A program made the position numbers and the translations under genes. This document shows, in pieces, positions 17,535-29,018 of a stretch of 64,000 nucleotides of DNA. The stretch comes from a virus. Position 1 is the first letter of the stretch. Each line of letters begins with the position of its first letter. The stretch covers positions 93,263 to 157,262 of the IMG/VR virus record IMGVR_UViG_3300031595_000166; one strand, written 5' to 3'. A model generated the notes under the pieces. It was not told where the DNA came from, searched no databases, and saw only the letters and a program-made list of their open reading frames with translations.

Positions 17535-18710
17535 ATGCATTACGGTGATTTATACATTCAAGCAAAACTCTTTTACAAGATGGCAGAGGAAACTCTCGAC
17601 ATTCTTCCGGGGAACTTGTATAAATTCGTTATGTACAAAACACAAGGGAAAATTACACCGGAAGTAGCAGATAATTTCGTCGTTGCAAACAAGACAACAT
17701 TGTCTAAACTTAAGTTCGTTGATTGGAGTGGTAATTTCGAAAAGAATGGTAGTAAATTATTTGGTGAAGATGGAGATGGAGAACGATATATGATCTCAAC
17801 TGAATCTACACCGCCGAAGAACTCACATGTCAAACAATCATATATACTGCAAGGGAAACATCCAATACCAACACTTTATGTATTCAGATATGAGCGTGGT
17901 AGCGATGTAGAGTTTCCAAAAGAACTCGGACATTACTTGTTTCTAATGCCAGCGTTATGCGATATGTTCGATGTTGCGTATCCATATTACTTTCAAGATC
18001 CAGATCATATGAATGACTTTGTCAAGTTCGTTCAAGAAAATAAGGCTAAGATTGATTCCATTCGATCTCGATTCCAACACGAGCCAAAACCATTAGGAAG
18101 CGGATCAGATGGCTTTGTTTTTGCGATTGGCAAGGATAGGATATTGAAGATATTCAAACAGCAATTCTCATATCAAGCGGCAAAAGAATCTGCAAACCGA
18201 ATATGGAAACAACACGGCATAGCAGGAACCGAAGCATACATTGATGACATTGGTCAGATTGGAAACTTCGGAGAACACCCGGTATATTATTATATACAAG
18301 AACGAATGGAAACCGTGTTCAATTTCTTGAAGAATGATGTTGACTTCAATGGAAATAGAAGAGACAGAAAAATGTCTCAAATAACAGACTTCATGAAAGA
18401 TATAGCAAAAACTATTAAGAACGATCCAAACTATCCTGCTATATACAGGAACAAAAACAATCCAAGAATTGGTAATGCGATCAGGTCATTAGCGGAGAGA
18501 GTGTATAATCGAATTGTCTATTTTGTAAACGAAGAGATTACTGATGATTTCGCTGGTAAATTACAACCTGATTGGATGCTAAAACTAATTGAAGAGATGG
18601 CTGGAAAACTAATCACGGACAGAATGGATTTGCGATCATATAATGTTGGGATTACAGGGAACGGTTATTTGAGATTCTTTGATCCTGCATTTGATCCAAA
18701 AGAATTATAG
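17535..18710 (+). CDS. Protein kinase-like protein
   Basis: LGSGSDGFVF Gly loop, ILKIF Lys, DLRSYNV catalytic loop, FFDP. Confidence 0.75.
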   Translation: MHYGDLYIQAKLFYKMAEETLDILPGNLYKFVMYKTQGKITPEVADNFVVANKTTLSKLKFVDWSGNFEKNGSKLFGEDGDGERYMISTESTPPKNSHVKQSYILQGKHPIPTLYVFRYERGSDVEFPKELGHYLFLMPALCDMFDVAYPYYFQDPDHMNDFVKFVQENKAKIDSIRSRFQHEPKPLGSGSDGFVFAIGKDRILKIFKQQFSYQAAKESANRIWKQHGIAGTEAYIDDIGQIGNFGEHPVYYYIQERMETVFNFLKNDVDFNGNRRDRKMSQITDFMKDIAKTIKNDPNYPAIYRNKNNPRIGNAIRSLAERVYNRIVYFVNEEITDDFAGKLQPDWMLKLIEEMAGKLITDRMDLRSYNVGITGNGYLRFFDPAFDPKEL

Positions 18711-18929
18711 TAGCAACAGCATCTTTTCAATATACTCTATGTTCAGTTTATCGTATGATAATACTTCAAAAATGAACTGATGACCATAATACACGCGCGA
18801 CACACCATCATCATAAACAACAACAACATATGGACTAATGTTATGCTGGTTCGTACAAAACTTTCTATCTGGACGCTGATTTGATATAATCATATCGTCT
18901 GCATTACAGACCGGACATCTTTTACTCAT
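18705..18929 (-). CDS. Family A small Zn-binding protein
   Basis: CPVC..CTNQH..EYIEKMLLLL. Confidence 0.75.
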   Translation of the reverse strand: MSKRCPVCNADDMIISNQRPDRKFCTNQHNISPYVVVVYDDGVSRVYYGHQFIFEVLSYDKLNIEYIEKMLLLL

Positions 18930-19198
18930 ATCAATAACATCAACTTATCTAAACGATCTTTGCCAATTCTATTTTCAAGATAGGTAATCAGTTGATCTCT
19001 GAACACACCTGCTTTGGTATCTCCAATGAACTCAATGATCTCTATTGTGTCTCTACCGTCAAGAATGATTTTATTACTGCGATCAAACTCTTTTTTTGTT
19101 AGAGGTTCCCATTCATTGAATCCAATACCGGGCTTCAACTTACTACATGCAAGGCTAATATCTAAATGCAGTTCGCCCTTTTTGTTATACCTAAACAT
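18926..19198 (-). CDS. Hypothetical protein with tail motif
   Basis: Unrelated body, ending DRLDKLMLLI. Confidence 0.7.
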   Translation of the reverse strand: MFRYNKKGELHLDISLACSKLKPGIGFNEWEPLTKKEFDRSNKIILDGRDTIEIIEFIGDTKAGVFRDQLITYLENRIGKDRLDKLMLLI

Positions 19199-19237
19199 CT
19201 TTGTCTTTGAGTTTCTTTTCTGTATTTATTATTGAAA

Positions 19238-19513
19238 CTATTTGCTTCTAACAGTGCACCCTTTGAAAGACATCAGACCACCACAACACACAAGCATATT
19301 AACTTTGCGACCTGCTGGATTAGTTGCATTGGCGTGATACCAGTTTTGATCTTTTTGATCGCAACCCATAAACTGTGCTCCAAAAAAACCACGATTTGTA
19401 ATCGTGATGTCATTGAAACCATTATCCGACAATGCCTTTACGGCTTCGTCATCATTCGTGGCACAAGCAACGATTGTAATAGACATGATTGCGAACATGA
19501 ATAGATTTTTCAT
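19238..19513 (-). CDS. Phage-type small lipoprotein
   Basis: MKNLFMFAIMSITIVAC lipobox; GF..I..T, C..KD, VCCGG..KGCTVR. Confidence 0.7.
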   Translation of the reverse strand: MKNLFMFAIMSITIVACATNDDEAVKALSDNGFNDITITNRGFFGAQFMGCDQKDQNWYHANATNPAGRKVNMLVCCGGLMSFKGCTVRSK

Positions 19514-19517
19514 TTGA

Positions 19518-19910
19518 CTAAACTCCTCCGCACAGATCAGTGAAGTCTGCGTTCGTCTTAAACCCAACGCTAACCAAGTCATCAAGAACTTCCTTTGCAG
19601 TGGCAGGTGAAGTATCTTGTTCGCACATCCAAACGCCTTCCATCTCATCATTCTCAGCAACATACTCGGGAAGAATGTCAGCGAGATCCATGTGCTGATC
19701 AAACATATATCCTTCCCTGTCGAAGTAAGCACACGGCGTGAGATACACCATCTTATTTTCATCAACAGCGACATAAAAATCAGACGGCAACGATTGACTG
19801 CACAACTTATCAAAAGTCTCGCGGTCGTCATCAAGATCAAGAATCTCTTCAATGTTTCCCCAAGACACATCAACATCGCTTGCTAGTAGATTAGTCATTG
19901 TTATATCCAT
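19518..19910 (-). CDS. Acidic hypothetical protein
   Basis: ORF downstream of the promoter at 19938-19966. Confidence 0.65.
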   Translation of the reverse strand: MDITMTNLLASDVDVSWGNIEEILDLDDDRETFDKLCSQSLPSDFYVAVDENKMVYLTPCAYFDREGYMFDQHMDLADILPEYVAENDEMEGVWMCEQDTSPATAKEVLDDLVSVGFKTNADFTDLCGGV

Positions 19911-19937
19911 TCTTTCTGCCTGCTTTGAGGCGCCAGT

Positions 19938-19966
19938 AATATAACCACGAACGCACAAGCCGTCAA
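19938..19966 (-). promoter_or_regulatory. Sigma70-type promoter
   Basis: TTGACG-N17-TATATT. Confidence 0.75.
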
Positions 19967-19979
19967 CTGCGATAGTATC

Positions 19980-20153
19980 CTACATCAGCAACAATATATT
20001 TTCCCACCGTCTATATACTTGTGGCTTATATTTTTTGAGGTATCTAATGTTTTCGCTACGAGCATCGTACGAGATATAATAATGCTTAGCCCTCAATAAA
20101 TGTTCAATTATTTCTTCGTCGCTTGCAGTTTCAATCCAAGATTTTGTTCCCAT
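19980..20153 (-). CDS. Family C protein with tail (57 aa, not on the ORF track)
   Basis: MGTKSWIETASDEEIIEHLL..YLKKYKPQVYRRWENILLLM*; paralog of 5996..6232. Confidence 0.7.
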   Translation of the reverse strand: MGTKSWIETASDEEIIEHLLRAKHYYISYDARSENIRYLKKYKPQVYRRWENILLLM

Positions 20154-20156
20154 ATA

Positions 20157-20393
20157 TTATCTCAATAGTAAGAATTTTTCAATTCGTTCTTCATCAAGAA
20201 AGACCAACTTACTAAATTGAAGCAGAACAATACTTTGTTCTACAACTAGTAGTACTCTTGTCATATATTCACCGGACATACTTACATTATCGTATAATAC
20301 TTTATATTTTCCTACTAAATGATCGCAATATGGAACACCATTGCCAGACGCAGACATATTGTAATCACAGATTGGGCAATGTAATGTCTTCAT
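20157..20393 (-). CDS. Family A small Zn-binding protein
   Basis: CPIC..CDHLVGKY..LDEERIEKFLLLR. Confidence 0.8.
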   Translation of the reverse strand: MKTLHCPICDYNMSASGNGVPYCDHLVGKYKVLYDNVSMSGEYMTRVLLVVEQSIVLLQFSKLVFLDEERIEKFLLLR

Positions 20394-20587
20394 TTTAGTA
20401 GTAGTAATTTCTCTATGCGCTCTTCATCCAAGAGACACTGTTTTTCAAGATACAATACAAAAATGTTTTCGCACCAAACATTTATCCATTCAACACAATA
20501 ATAGACAGTATATTTGCTATACATATGACGGCAAAAATACTTTGTACTACTCCAATACAATTCTTTATTACAGTGGGGGCAATTCAT
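20390..20587 (-). CDS. Family A small Zn-binding protein
   Basis: CPHC..CRHMYSKY..LDEERIEKLLLLK. Confidence 0.8.
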   Translation of the reverse strand: MNCPHCNKELYWSSTKYFCRHMYSKYTVYYCVEWINVWCENIFVLYLEKQCLLDEERIEKLLLLK

Positions 20588-20634
20588 TTTAGTAGTAGGA
20601 TACACAGGTATTGACTTCGGGACAGTTGAACATA

Positions 20635-21585
20635 TTAATATTTACTGCCAGTAAACGGCTTCACCAAACCGGACGCAACATCAGATTGAAACTTCTGCCA
20701 GTAGTTTTTGGAAGTCTTCTCATAGAGTTTTAGAACTTCGGGAATATGTTCATAGCAATATTTTCTGAACCAGCCGGACGTGATACTAGAACATACCTTA
20801 GAATATGCGAAGCGGAAACTTTTGTCTGGCGACCATACACCGGGATTGCTAATTTGTGAGCGTTCTAATGCCAGCGTAAGCCCTTCTTCTAAGGCACCAG
20901 CAAGTCTAATGTCTTCGGACACTGCGAAGAACTTCTCTTTACTGCATTTAACTTGCTCTCCATCAGAAAGGTAATTTTCGTATGCCGGACGGGAACCCAG
21001 CATTACAGAACGATGCAGATCATCATGATCAAAAATATACCGAACTGAATCGTCCTTGAAAAAATAATCCTTACTAACATTCAATTTAGGATGCTTTTGT
21101 GTTGCATAACTTTCTTGTTCGCGCAACTTATGAAACTCAACAAGCTCTGGACGGATCGTTGCACCCATATGCTTCATTAGATACCAGTCGCTTGCGTGCT
21201 TCCAAAATGTTGCGTCCGAAGTGTTTCCAAACTTCTTATACTTGTGAGCGTCCTTCGTCGTCCACAATAAATCGATCGATGGAACCATCCCAAAACTCGT
21301 CTCCATATAATCTCCGTCTTCCTTCACCAAGTCAATCAACAATTCATCGCTACTACCCGGCACCGCAATATCAAACTCCACCATCGTATCTCCCTCTACG
21401 ATGACCTTGCGTCCATTATTCTCTTCATATACTCGGCGCCCTCCAACACGATCATAGTTAGATGCAATCCAAGCATTGGCTTCGTCTCTTGATGAAACAA
21501 CGAAGTCAAAATCAAGTGGCGCTCGTTTCATTGCTGAACCAAGTCTGAGCTTCATAGCACGCGAACCAATCAAGACTAAACTCAT
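20635..21585 (-). CDS. Conserved phage protein with a nucleotidyltransferase-like N-terminus
   Basis: LIGSRA..PLDFDFV (GS..DxD), HDDLH and ITSGWFR motifs. Confidence 0.6.
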   Translation of the reverse strand: MSLVLIGSRAMKLRLGSAMKRAPLDFDFVVSSRDEANAWIASNYDRVGGRRVYEENNGRKVIVEGDTMVEFDIAVPGSSDELLIDLVKEDGDYMETSFGMVPSIDLLWTTKDAHKYKKFGNTSDATFWKHASDWYLMKHMGATIRPELVEFHKLREQESYATQKHPKLNVSKDYFFKDDSVRYIFDHDDLHRSVMLGSRPAYENYLSDGEQVKCSKEKFFAVSEDIRLAGALEEGLTLALERSQISNPGVWSPDKSFRFAYSKVCSSITSGWFRKYCYEHIPEVLKLYEKTSKNYWQKFQSDVASGLVKPFTGSKY

Positions 21586-21594
21586 TTGATTATC

Positions 21595-21840
21595 CTATAT
21601 GAGGAGTAAGAGTTTTTCAATTCGTTCTTCGTCAATAAAAACTAAGTCATTCATTATAGTAATTAGTCTCAATAATCTTCTGTGTTTTTTATTAGAAGTA
21701 AATTCATACAATCTCGTTGTTGTTGAGCCGTCATCGTTCAGATCATAAACTGCTCTATATTTAGAACCAATATAGTGGGCGCACCAATCACGATTGCGAT
21801 CATCTTTTCTCATCACGAAACCACATACAGGACAATTCAT
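21595..21840 (-). CDS. Family A small Zn-binding protein
   Basis: CPVC..CAHYIGSKY..IDEERIEKLLLLI. Confidence 0.8.
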   Translation of the reverse strand: MNCPVCGFVMRKDDRNRDWCAHYIGSKYRAVYDLNDDGSTTTRLYEFTSNKKHRRLLRLITIMNDLVFIDEERIEKLLLLI

Positions 21841-22037
21841 GTTAGCAACAACAGTTTTTCAATTCGTTCTTCATCAACCAGAATCGACCTTGGGAAAAAC
21901 CCTTTGAACTGAAAACCTTTTGATGGTAGCAATTCGAATATAGTCGTACCACCACCAGAATACATAACAAGGTATTTACCAACAAAATGCTCGCAGTAAT
22001 CGTTGTGCATATATAATTTACAGATAGAGCAATTCAT
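21837..22037 (-). CDS. Family A small Zn-binding protein
   Basis: CSIC..CEHFVGKY..VDEERIEKLLLLT. Confidence 0.8.
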   Translation of the reverse strand: MNCSICKLYMHNDYCEHFVGKYLVMYSGGGTTIFELLPSKGFQFKGFFPRSILVDEERIEKLLLLT

Positions 22038-22252
22038 GTTAGCAACAATAGTTTTTCAATTCGTTCCCAACTAATCAACCCACTCATTTTTAGTAGTGGG
22101 CGCACATGCTGTATATCAGTTGAAAACACCTCCGTCGAACAAGAACCATCCGCTCTGTAATCGTAGCATACTTTTATGGATCGATGGTTGTCTGCCCAAT
22201 GATCGCAATAATTAGGAGCGCGTATTTCACGATCACAGATAGGACAATTCAT
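22034..22252 (-). CDS. Family A small Zn-binding protein
   Basis: CPIC..CDH..ERIEKLLLLT. Confidence 0.8.
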   Translation of the reverse strand: MNCPICDREIRAPNYCDHWADNHRSIKVCYDYRADGSCSTEVFSTDIQHVRPLLKMSGLISWERIEKLLLLT

Positions 22253-22585
22253 TTCTTGTTTTTCTTATCGCTTAGAATAGCGAATAGAGAAACGATTACC
22301 GCTACAATACCAATACTACAAGCAATAACCCCAGAAACATCAAGGATAGTTTGAAGCATTATCGACACTCAACAACGCTACAATCATTATCGCTTCTACA
22401 ACGCATTGTGCAAGCAACGGTTCTATCAGCAGAATAGTTCCATACCGTGTGCTCAACAACACGATGCTCTCGTGCTGCCTTTTCGCTTGCGGCATTAGAC
22501 ATACAAACGCTATCAGAACACTGCTGACTTAGTGATGACGCACAACCAGAACAGACAAACAACATTGCGATTAGCGTTTTCATAA

Positions 22586-22813
22586 TCAGTCTCCCGCGCA
22601 CCAAGAACTACTTGACCAACCAATATCCGTGCCATCAACATCGAAAAATGGCTTTACAGCATCCTTGATATCGTTCCAGTCGCTAAACGATCGAGGATTG
22701 ATTGATGCTTTATCAGCAATTTCTTTTGCTTCATTCAATGCTTTGATTGCTTCTGCAACCTTAGCATTCAATTCTTCAATGAGACCGTCGTAAGTCAATT
22801 CTAAATCAGTCAT
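22586..22813 (-). CDS. Small helical protein, paralog 3 of a tandem triplet
   Basis: ELNAKVAEA..A..GWSSSSWC. Confidence 0.7.
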   Translation of the reverse strand: MTDLELTYDGLIEELNAKVAEAIKALNEAKEIADKASINPRSFSDWNDIKDAVKPFFDVDGTDIGWSSSSWCAGD

Positions 22814-22826
22814 ATCGACTTTCTAC

Positions 22827-23072
22827 TCAACAATCTGCGGTCATAGTTGATGTCTGCCAACCAGCTTGATCAAGAGAACCAATAATGGGATCAAAATCAA
22901 TCAATTCTCCAAGTTTTTTGACATCACCAGTATAACAATGAGGGTAAGCATAACATTTCACGCCAACCGATTTTGCAAGAGCATTTGCTTGCTTGATCAG
23001 TTCTCCTGCCTCTTTGATCTTTGCGTTGATTTGATCTGCAACCGACTGAAAATCCTTTTCGATGTCGCTCAT
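22827..23072 (-). CDS. Small helical protein, paralog 2 of a tandem triplet
   Basis: QINAKIKEAGELIKQANALAK..AGWQTSTMTADC. Confidence 0.7.
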   Translation of the reverse strand: MSDIEKDFQSVADQINAKIKEAGELIKQANALAKSVGVKCYAYPHCYTGDVKKLGELIDFDPIIGSLDQAGWQTSTMTADC

Positions 23073-23082
23073 AGTAATTCCC

Positions 23083-23352
23083 TTAGCAACCAATTGAACT
23101 TGTGTGCCAACCAGCCTTATCCAACTCACCAAACAACGGATAGATATTGACCTTGCCCCTGAACTCGTCAATCTTATCCTGCTCTTCTTCGGTATCAGCG
23201 CTGTCATCATCATACTCATCGTATGTAAGAGATGATAGTCCCGCTGCCTTAGCAAGAGCATTGGCTTGCTTCATTGCTTCCGCTGCCTCTTTGATCTTTG
23301 CGTTGATCTGATTTGCAAGTTCGGTAAAATCCGTTTCAATTTTAGTGCTCAT
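23083..23352 (-). CDS. Small helical protein, paralog 1 of a tandem triplet
   Basis: QINAKIKEAAEAMKQANALAK..AGWHTSSIGC. Confidence 0.7.
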   Translation of the reverse strand: MSTKIETDFTELANQINAKIKEAAEAMKQANALAKAAGLSSLTYDEYDDDSADTEEEQDKIDEFRGKVNIYPLFGELDKAGWHTSSIGC

Positions 23353-23834
23353 TTGTTTTTCTCCTTGAATGCGTACCTATTATACAGATGATTATACAAA
23401 AATCCAAGCGTAAAACCAATCAAAAACCTATAACCAACACCAACATGATGCGGGATCAATACCAATTCACTGAATGAGATCCACACAATCATGATTAGAA
23501 AAAATCCAACCCAAAAAGAAACTTTATTGAATGCAAACATATTGTTATCTCCTTTTCTTAAACCAATCAGTAATAGATATTATCAACATTCCAACTACAC
23601 AGAATGCTGACATGAGAAACCATCCATTCATACCGCCAAACTCGACCATATCTAAGCCATTTTACCTTGCTCATTAAGCAAGAAACCGTATAGTAAATAC
23701 GGACCGTTATGCGGATTGCAATCGCTAAGATATTGCTTCCACATAACAGCACGATCATACTCGGTGAATGCACAACTGCAATCTTCACCCTTATTATTCT
23801 GGATGAACCACACTTCAAACTTTTTCATATAGAC

Positions 23835-23863
23835 AATATAAGGCTCGCGAGCCAGCTTGTCAA
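23835..23863 (-). promoter_or_regulatory. Sigma70-type promoter
   Basis: TTGACA-N17-TATATT. Confidence 0.8.
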
Positions 23864-24047
23864 GTGGTCGGGAAACTGCCTACATGGCTCTACTTGTGGG
23901 TAGACGAATAATATGTCCCATGCGAATTGCCAACTACTTTTCCATGAACAGATGGTTGTAATGTACAGCCACTTAGTAATCCTGCTAATGATATGATGAG
24001 CAATGTTTTCATATGGAACCTTATAGAATATCGCTTGTTTCTTGCGT

Positions 24048-24773
24048 CTACTTCTTATCTGGCGTCAAGAACGACTTGATATTATCCAAGTCTACACATA
24101 ATCCAACACCGGGAACAGTCGTCAAAATTGATTCTGCTACGCCAACAATGTTGCCGTCTTTATCGAATAATGCCCCACCAGAGTTTCCTCCAAAAATATG
24201 CCCGTCCAATTGAACATAATTTGCTTTGCGATCATCCTGAGGAATTTTACTACGATAGTTAGCAACAGTATGTTCCATATACGACCAATACAATCCATGT
24301 GTCTGACCAACAGTAAACACATGTTCGCCAATCATAGGAGTGTATTTAGCGATGCTTGCAATATCATGATCTGGAACGGTTCCAACAGTTTCAAGTACGG
24401 CTAAGTCAAGATCAAAACTTGTTTTGACAGCCACAGCATTATGCATTGCCTTAGGCTCTTCGTTGATACCAACGACTTCGTCTTCAACAATGTATTGAAT
24501 GGATGTACCAACAGGATCTTTTCGTTCTTGTTTTTCTGCCATGTGTTCTATACAATGAGACGCAGTCAGTATTGTATTGCTACTAATAAATGTTCCAGTG
24601 CAATATGGTCGGGTATCGCCGTCGTTATTCCTAACGACTAACGCAACCGTAGCACGACCAATATGCTCTTGCAGAGCTGGCTTTCTTGGATATCTAAGTG
24701 GAGCAGGAGGGGGAGTGGAAGAACAACTTACAACAAAAACTGATAGAACCAAGAGAGCGAATAGTTTGTGCAT
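24048..24773 (-). CDS. Trypsin-like (S1) serine protease, lipoprotein
   Basis: Catalytic triad motifs LTASHC, DLAVL, GGNSGG; lipobox VVSC. Confidence 0.9.
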   Translation of the reverse strand: MHKLFALLVLSVFVVSCSSTPPPAPLRYPRKPALQEHIGRATVALVVRNNDGDTRPYCTGTFISSNTILTASHCIEHMAEKQERKDPVGTSIQYIVEDEVVGINEEPKAMHNAVAVKTSFDLDLAVLETVGTVPDHDIASIAKYTPMIGEHVFTVGQTHGLYWSYMEHTVANYRSKIPQDDRKANYVQLDGHIFGGNSGGALFDKDGNIVGVAESILTTVPGVGLCVDLDNIKSFLTPDKK

Positions 24774-24794
24774 TTATATATACGAGATTATGCC

Positions 24795-25205
24795 TTATAC
24801 CAACAGCAAAAACTTTTGCAGGTTTTCTTTTCCATAGATGTGTTTGTTATCAAGTTGTGGAATGTAATTGCCATTGATCCAGTATCGAGTTTCTCCATTA
24901 GCAAACTCAGTAGCAGGTCCGTCTTCTCGATGAAGTTTGCCATTGATATACCAGTATTTGCTTCCATTAGCAAGCTCAATAGCAGGTCCGTCTTCTCGAT
25001 GACGATTGTCGTTGAGATACCAGCGTTTGTCTCCATTAAAATACTCAATAGCAGGACCATCTTTCCGATGATATTTGCCATTGAGATACCAATATTTGCT
25101 TCCATCAGCATACTCAATAGCAGGACCGTCTTTACGGTGAAGTTTGCCATTGAGATACCAGTGTTTGTCTCCATTAGCATGGACTTTACATTCAGGCTTA
25201 TTCAT
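24795..25205 (-). CDS. Family B HREDGPA-repeat protein (type 1 C-cap)
   Basis: 22-aa repeats WYLNGKLHR(K/E)DGPAIEYA(D/N)G; ends YGKENLQKFLLLV. Confidence 0.85.
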   Translation of the reverse strand: MNKPECKVHANGDKHWYLNGKLHRKDGPAIEYADGSKYWYLNGKYHRKDGPAIEYFNGDKRWYLNDNRHREDGPAIELANGSKYWYINGKLHREDGPATEFANGETRYWINGNYIPQLDNKHIYGKENLQKFLLLV

Positions 25206-25477
25206 ATCAGGAGTAAAAACTTTTGCAAGTTTTCTTTTCCATAGATATGTTTGTTATCGAGTTGTGGAATGTAATTGCCATTGATCCAGTATCGAGTTTC
25301 TCCATTAGCAAACTCAGTAGCAGGTCCGTCTTCTCGATGAAGTTCGCCATTGAGATACCAGTATTTGATTCCATTAGCATACTCAACAGCAGGACCATCT
25401 TCTCGATGAAGATTGCCGTTTAGATGCCAGTGTTTGTCTCCATTAGCATGGACTTTACATTCAGGCTTACCGTTCAT
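25202..25477 (-). CDS. Family B HREDGPA-repeat protein
   Basis: 2 repeats; ends QKFLLLI. Confidence 0.85.
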   Translation of the reverse strand: MNGKPECKVHANGDKHWHLNGNLHREDGPAVEYANGIKYWYLNGELHREDGPATEFANGETRYWINGNYIPQLDNKHIYGKENLQKFLLLI

Positions 25478-26235
25478 AGACACTGACATGCTGATTCGCT
25501 AAACACTTTTTGTACTCTATAACCATCAATTTCTTCGGTATATGCTTCGCACAGATCCCCAATCTCTTGACTAACAGTATAATAACCAGTATAGTTATCA
25601 GGGTCAGTACTGGACTCAGCTAATTCGTGAGAGATTACTTCATCAACAAAATCATAATTAGAGTTGTATTGAATGATAGCGAAGGTATATCGATTGCTAC
25701 CATATGCCGTATGACTATGGTATCCATTCCAACTATTACTTACCATTGTAGTTGTAATGACATTCGGCGGAAGCATAATGACATAGATTGTATTGTCATT
25801 TGGGAATGGAATAGTTCCAGCGAGAATATTATTGTTGATATCGGCAACAAGAATGCTATCATCAACAGTGATTTGTTTTGAGATTAGATTGAACCCCGAG
25901 TTTACATCAAGTTTAGGTTCGCTATAATGATCAACTGGGTCAAGCGTTCCAGACTCAATACCATACTCGCTCAATCGTTGAAGCACGGTTCCAAGATCAA
26001 GCATATTATGCCACGCGTTTTGATAGTATTGTGGCTCAATGAAGTTAGTGCCAGTCGTCCAATAACTACCATCGTAAATAAAATGCATCTCGGGTGTTTT
26101 TAGAAGCCAACCCGATGGATCATGGCGATAGACTTCATATTGACATGAAGGATTTGGATCAGTGTTTACTACCTGATCAATGTTTCCGGCACAACCAATG
26201 AATGAGAGGAGGATGATTGGGAGGAGGAGTTTCAT
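25474..26235 (-). CDS. Lipoprotein with a zincin-like HExxE motif
   Basis: Lipobox FIGC; GYHS, SHELAESSTDP, EIGDLC. Confidence 0.65.
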   Translation of the reverse strand: MKLLLPIILLSFIGCAGNIDQVVNTDPNPSCQYEVYRHDPSGWLLKTPEMHFIYDGSYWTTGTNFIEPQYYQNAWHNMLDLGTVLQRLSEYGIESGTLDPVDHYSEPKLDVNSGFNLISKQITVDDSILVADINNNILAGTIPFPNDNTIYVIMLPPNVITTTMVSNSWNGYHSHTAYGSNRYTFAIIQYNSNYDFVDEVISHELAESSTDPDNYTGYYTVSQEIGDLCEAYTEEIDGYRVQKVFSESACQCL

Positions 26236-26247
26236 TTTGGTGCTTAT

Positions 26248-26276
26248 ATAGTAAGCATCCGCGAGTCGGCTGTCAA
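26248..26276 (-). promoter_or_regulatory. Sigma70-type promoter
   Basis: TTGACA-N17-TACTAT. Confidence 0.75.
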
Positions 26277-26323
26277 CCGGTATGGAGGTGTAGGTAAATC
26301 ATTAAACGTAAGGGACTAAGTAG

Positions 26324-26646
26324 TGGTCGATGTGGGAGTCGAACCCACACTCCGGTTAAGGAACCTGATCTTCGTCATAGACACTTACTTTCGTAAGCCG
26401 CAACATTTGTTGCTTGCTATGCTGGACTATGCCTTTCCCATGATCAATTATTTGATTTTAGGGACTGCCCGTCTAGTCTCTACACCTTCCCCAATAATAA
26501 ATTGGGGCTTGGCTCGGCGTTGTCATATGCATATTGCATTTAGAGTTTCACCGAGTTTGAGCAGTTCTACATTCTAAGTTTCCTTAGACGCACTCAATTT
26601 TATTATACGCTGAGCCAGGCGCTTCTGCCAATTTAGCCAATCGACC
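26324..26646 (-). tRNA. tRNA-Leu(CAA) interrupted by a group I intron (exons 26612..26646 and 26324..26372)
   Basis: GGTCGAT/ATCGACC acceptor, CCTGG-CTC^AAGA-TCAGG anticodon arm, long variable arm, GTGGG-TTCGACT-CCCAC T arm. Confidence 0.88.
26373..26611 (-). ncRNA. Group I self-splicing intron (IC3-like, 239 nt, no ORF)
   Basis: Core elements AAACTCGGTGAAAC, ACAACGCCGAGCCAAG, GTGTAGAGACTAGACGGG, GGCATAGTCCA; terminal G. Confidence 0.88.
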
Positions 26647-26706
26647 ATAACAATAAGTTAAGAAAAAAGAAAAATGCTAAGCTAAGAAAATCAATCTAAT
26701 TTAGTA

Positions 26707-28601
<1,895 letters not shown>

Positions 28602-28648
28602 AGTTTAGTTTCCTTTTCAGTTTTTTGTTAGTAATTTACTGTCCCCAT

Positions 28649-28677
28649 AATGTAATCATGGAGCAGTGTCTTGTCAA
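28649..28677 (-). promoter_or_regulatory. Sigma70-type promoter
   Basis: TTGACA-N17-TACATT. Confidence 0.75.
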
Positions 28678-29018
28678 TGTAGTCAGATGTAGGCGTTATG
28701 CCAACTGATCCACAGTGAAACTTGTTGAAAATTGTGCGTTATACCACTCAACCAATAGAGCAGCGCTGTCTCGGAACTTAAGATTCTGATCCTGAGCCTT
28801 TTGCATTACTGCAAGTGCCGCTGGTGTTGCGACTGGTGCAGAGTCAAGACCGTTATTCATCACGAACTCAATAAGAACATTTGGGTTCGTTCGAATGTAT
28901 GTTAGTTGTGCGAGATGTTCTTCGTTTGTAAGGTTAGTAATTTTCAGATCCATTTTCGTTTCTCCTTTTTTGATGTTGTTTGTAGTACCATTTTTCTGAT
29001 TTGAATAATCCTCTTCAC

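Noticed and set aside
26323-26577. 84-aa plus-strand ORF as an intron-encoded homing endonuclease
   Set aside because: It is antisense to the tRNA/intron and has no nuclease motifs.
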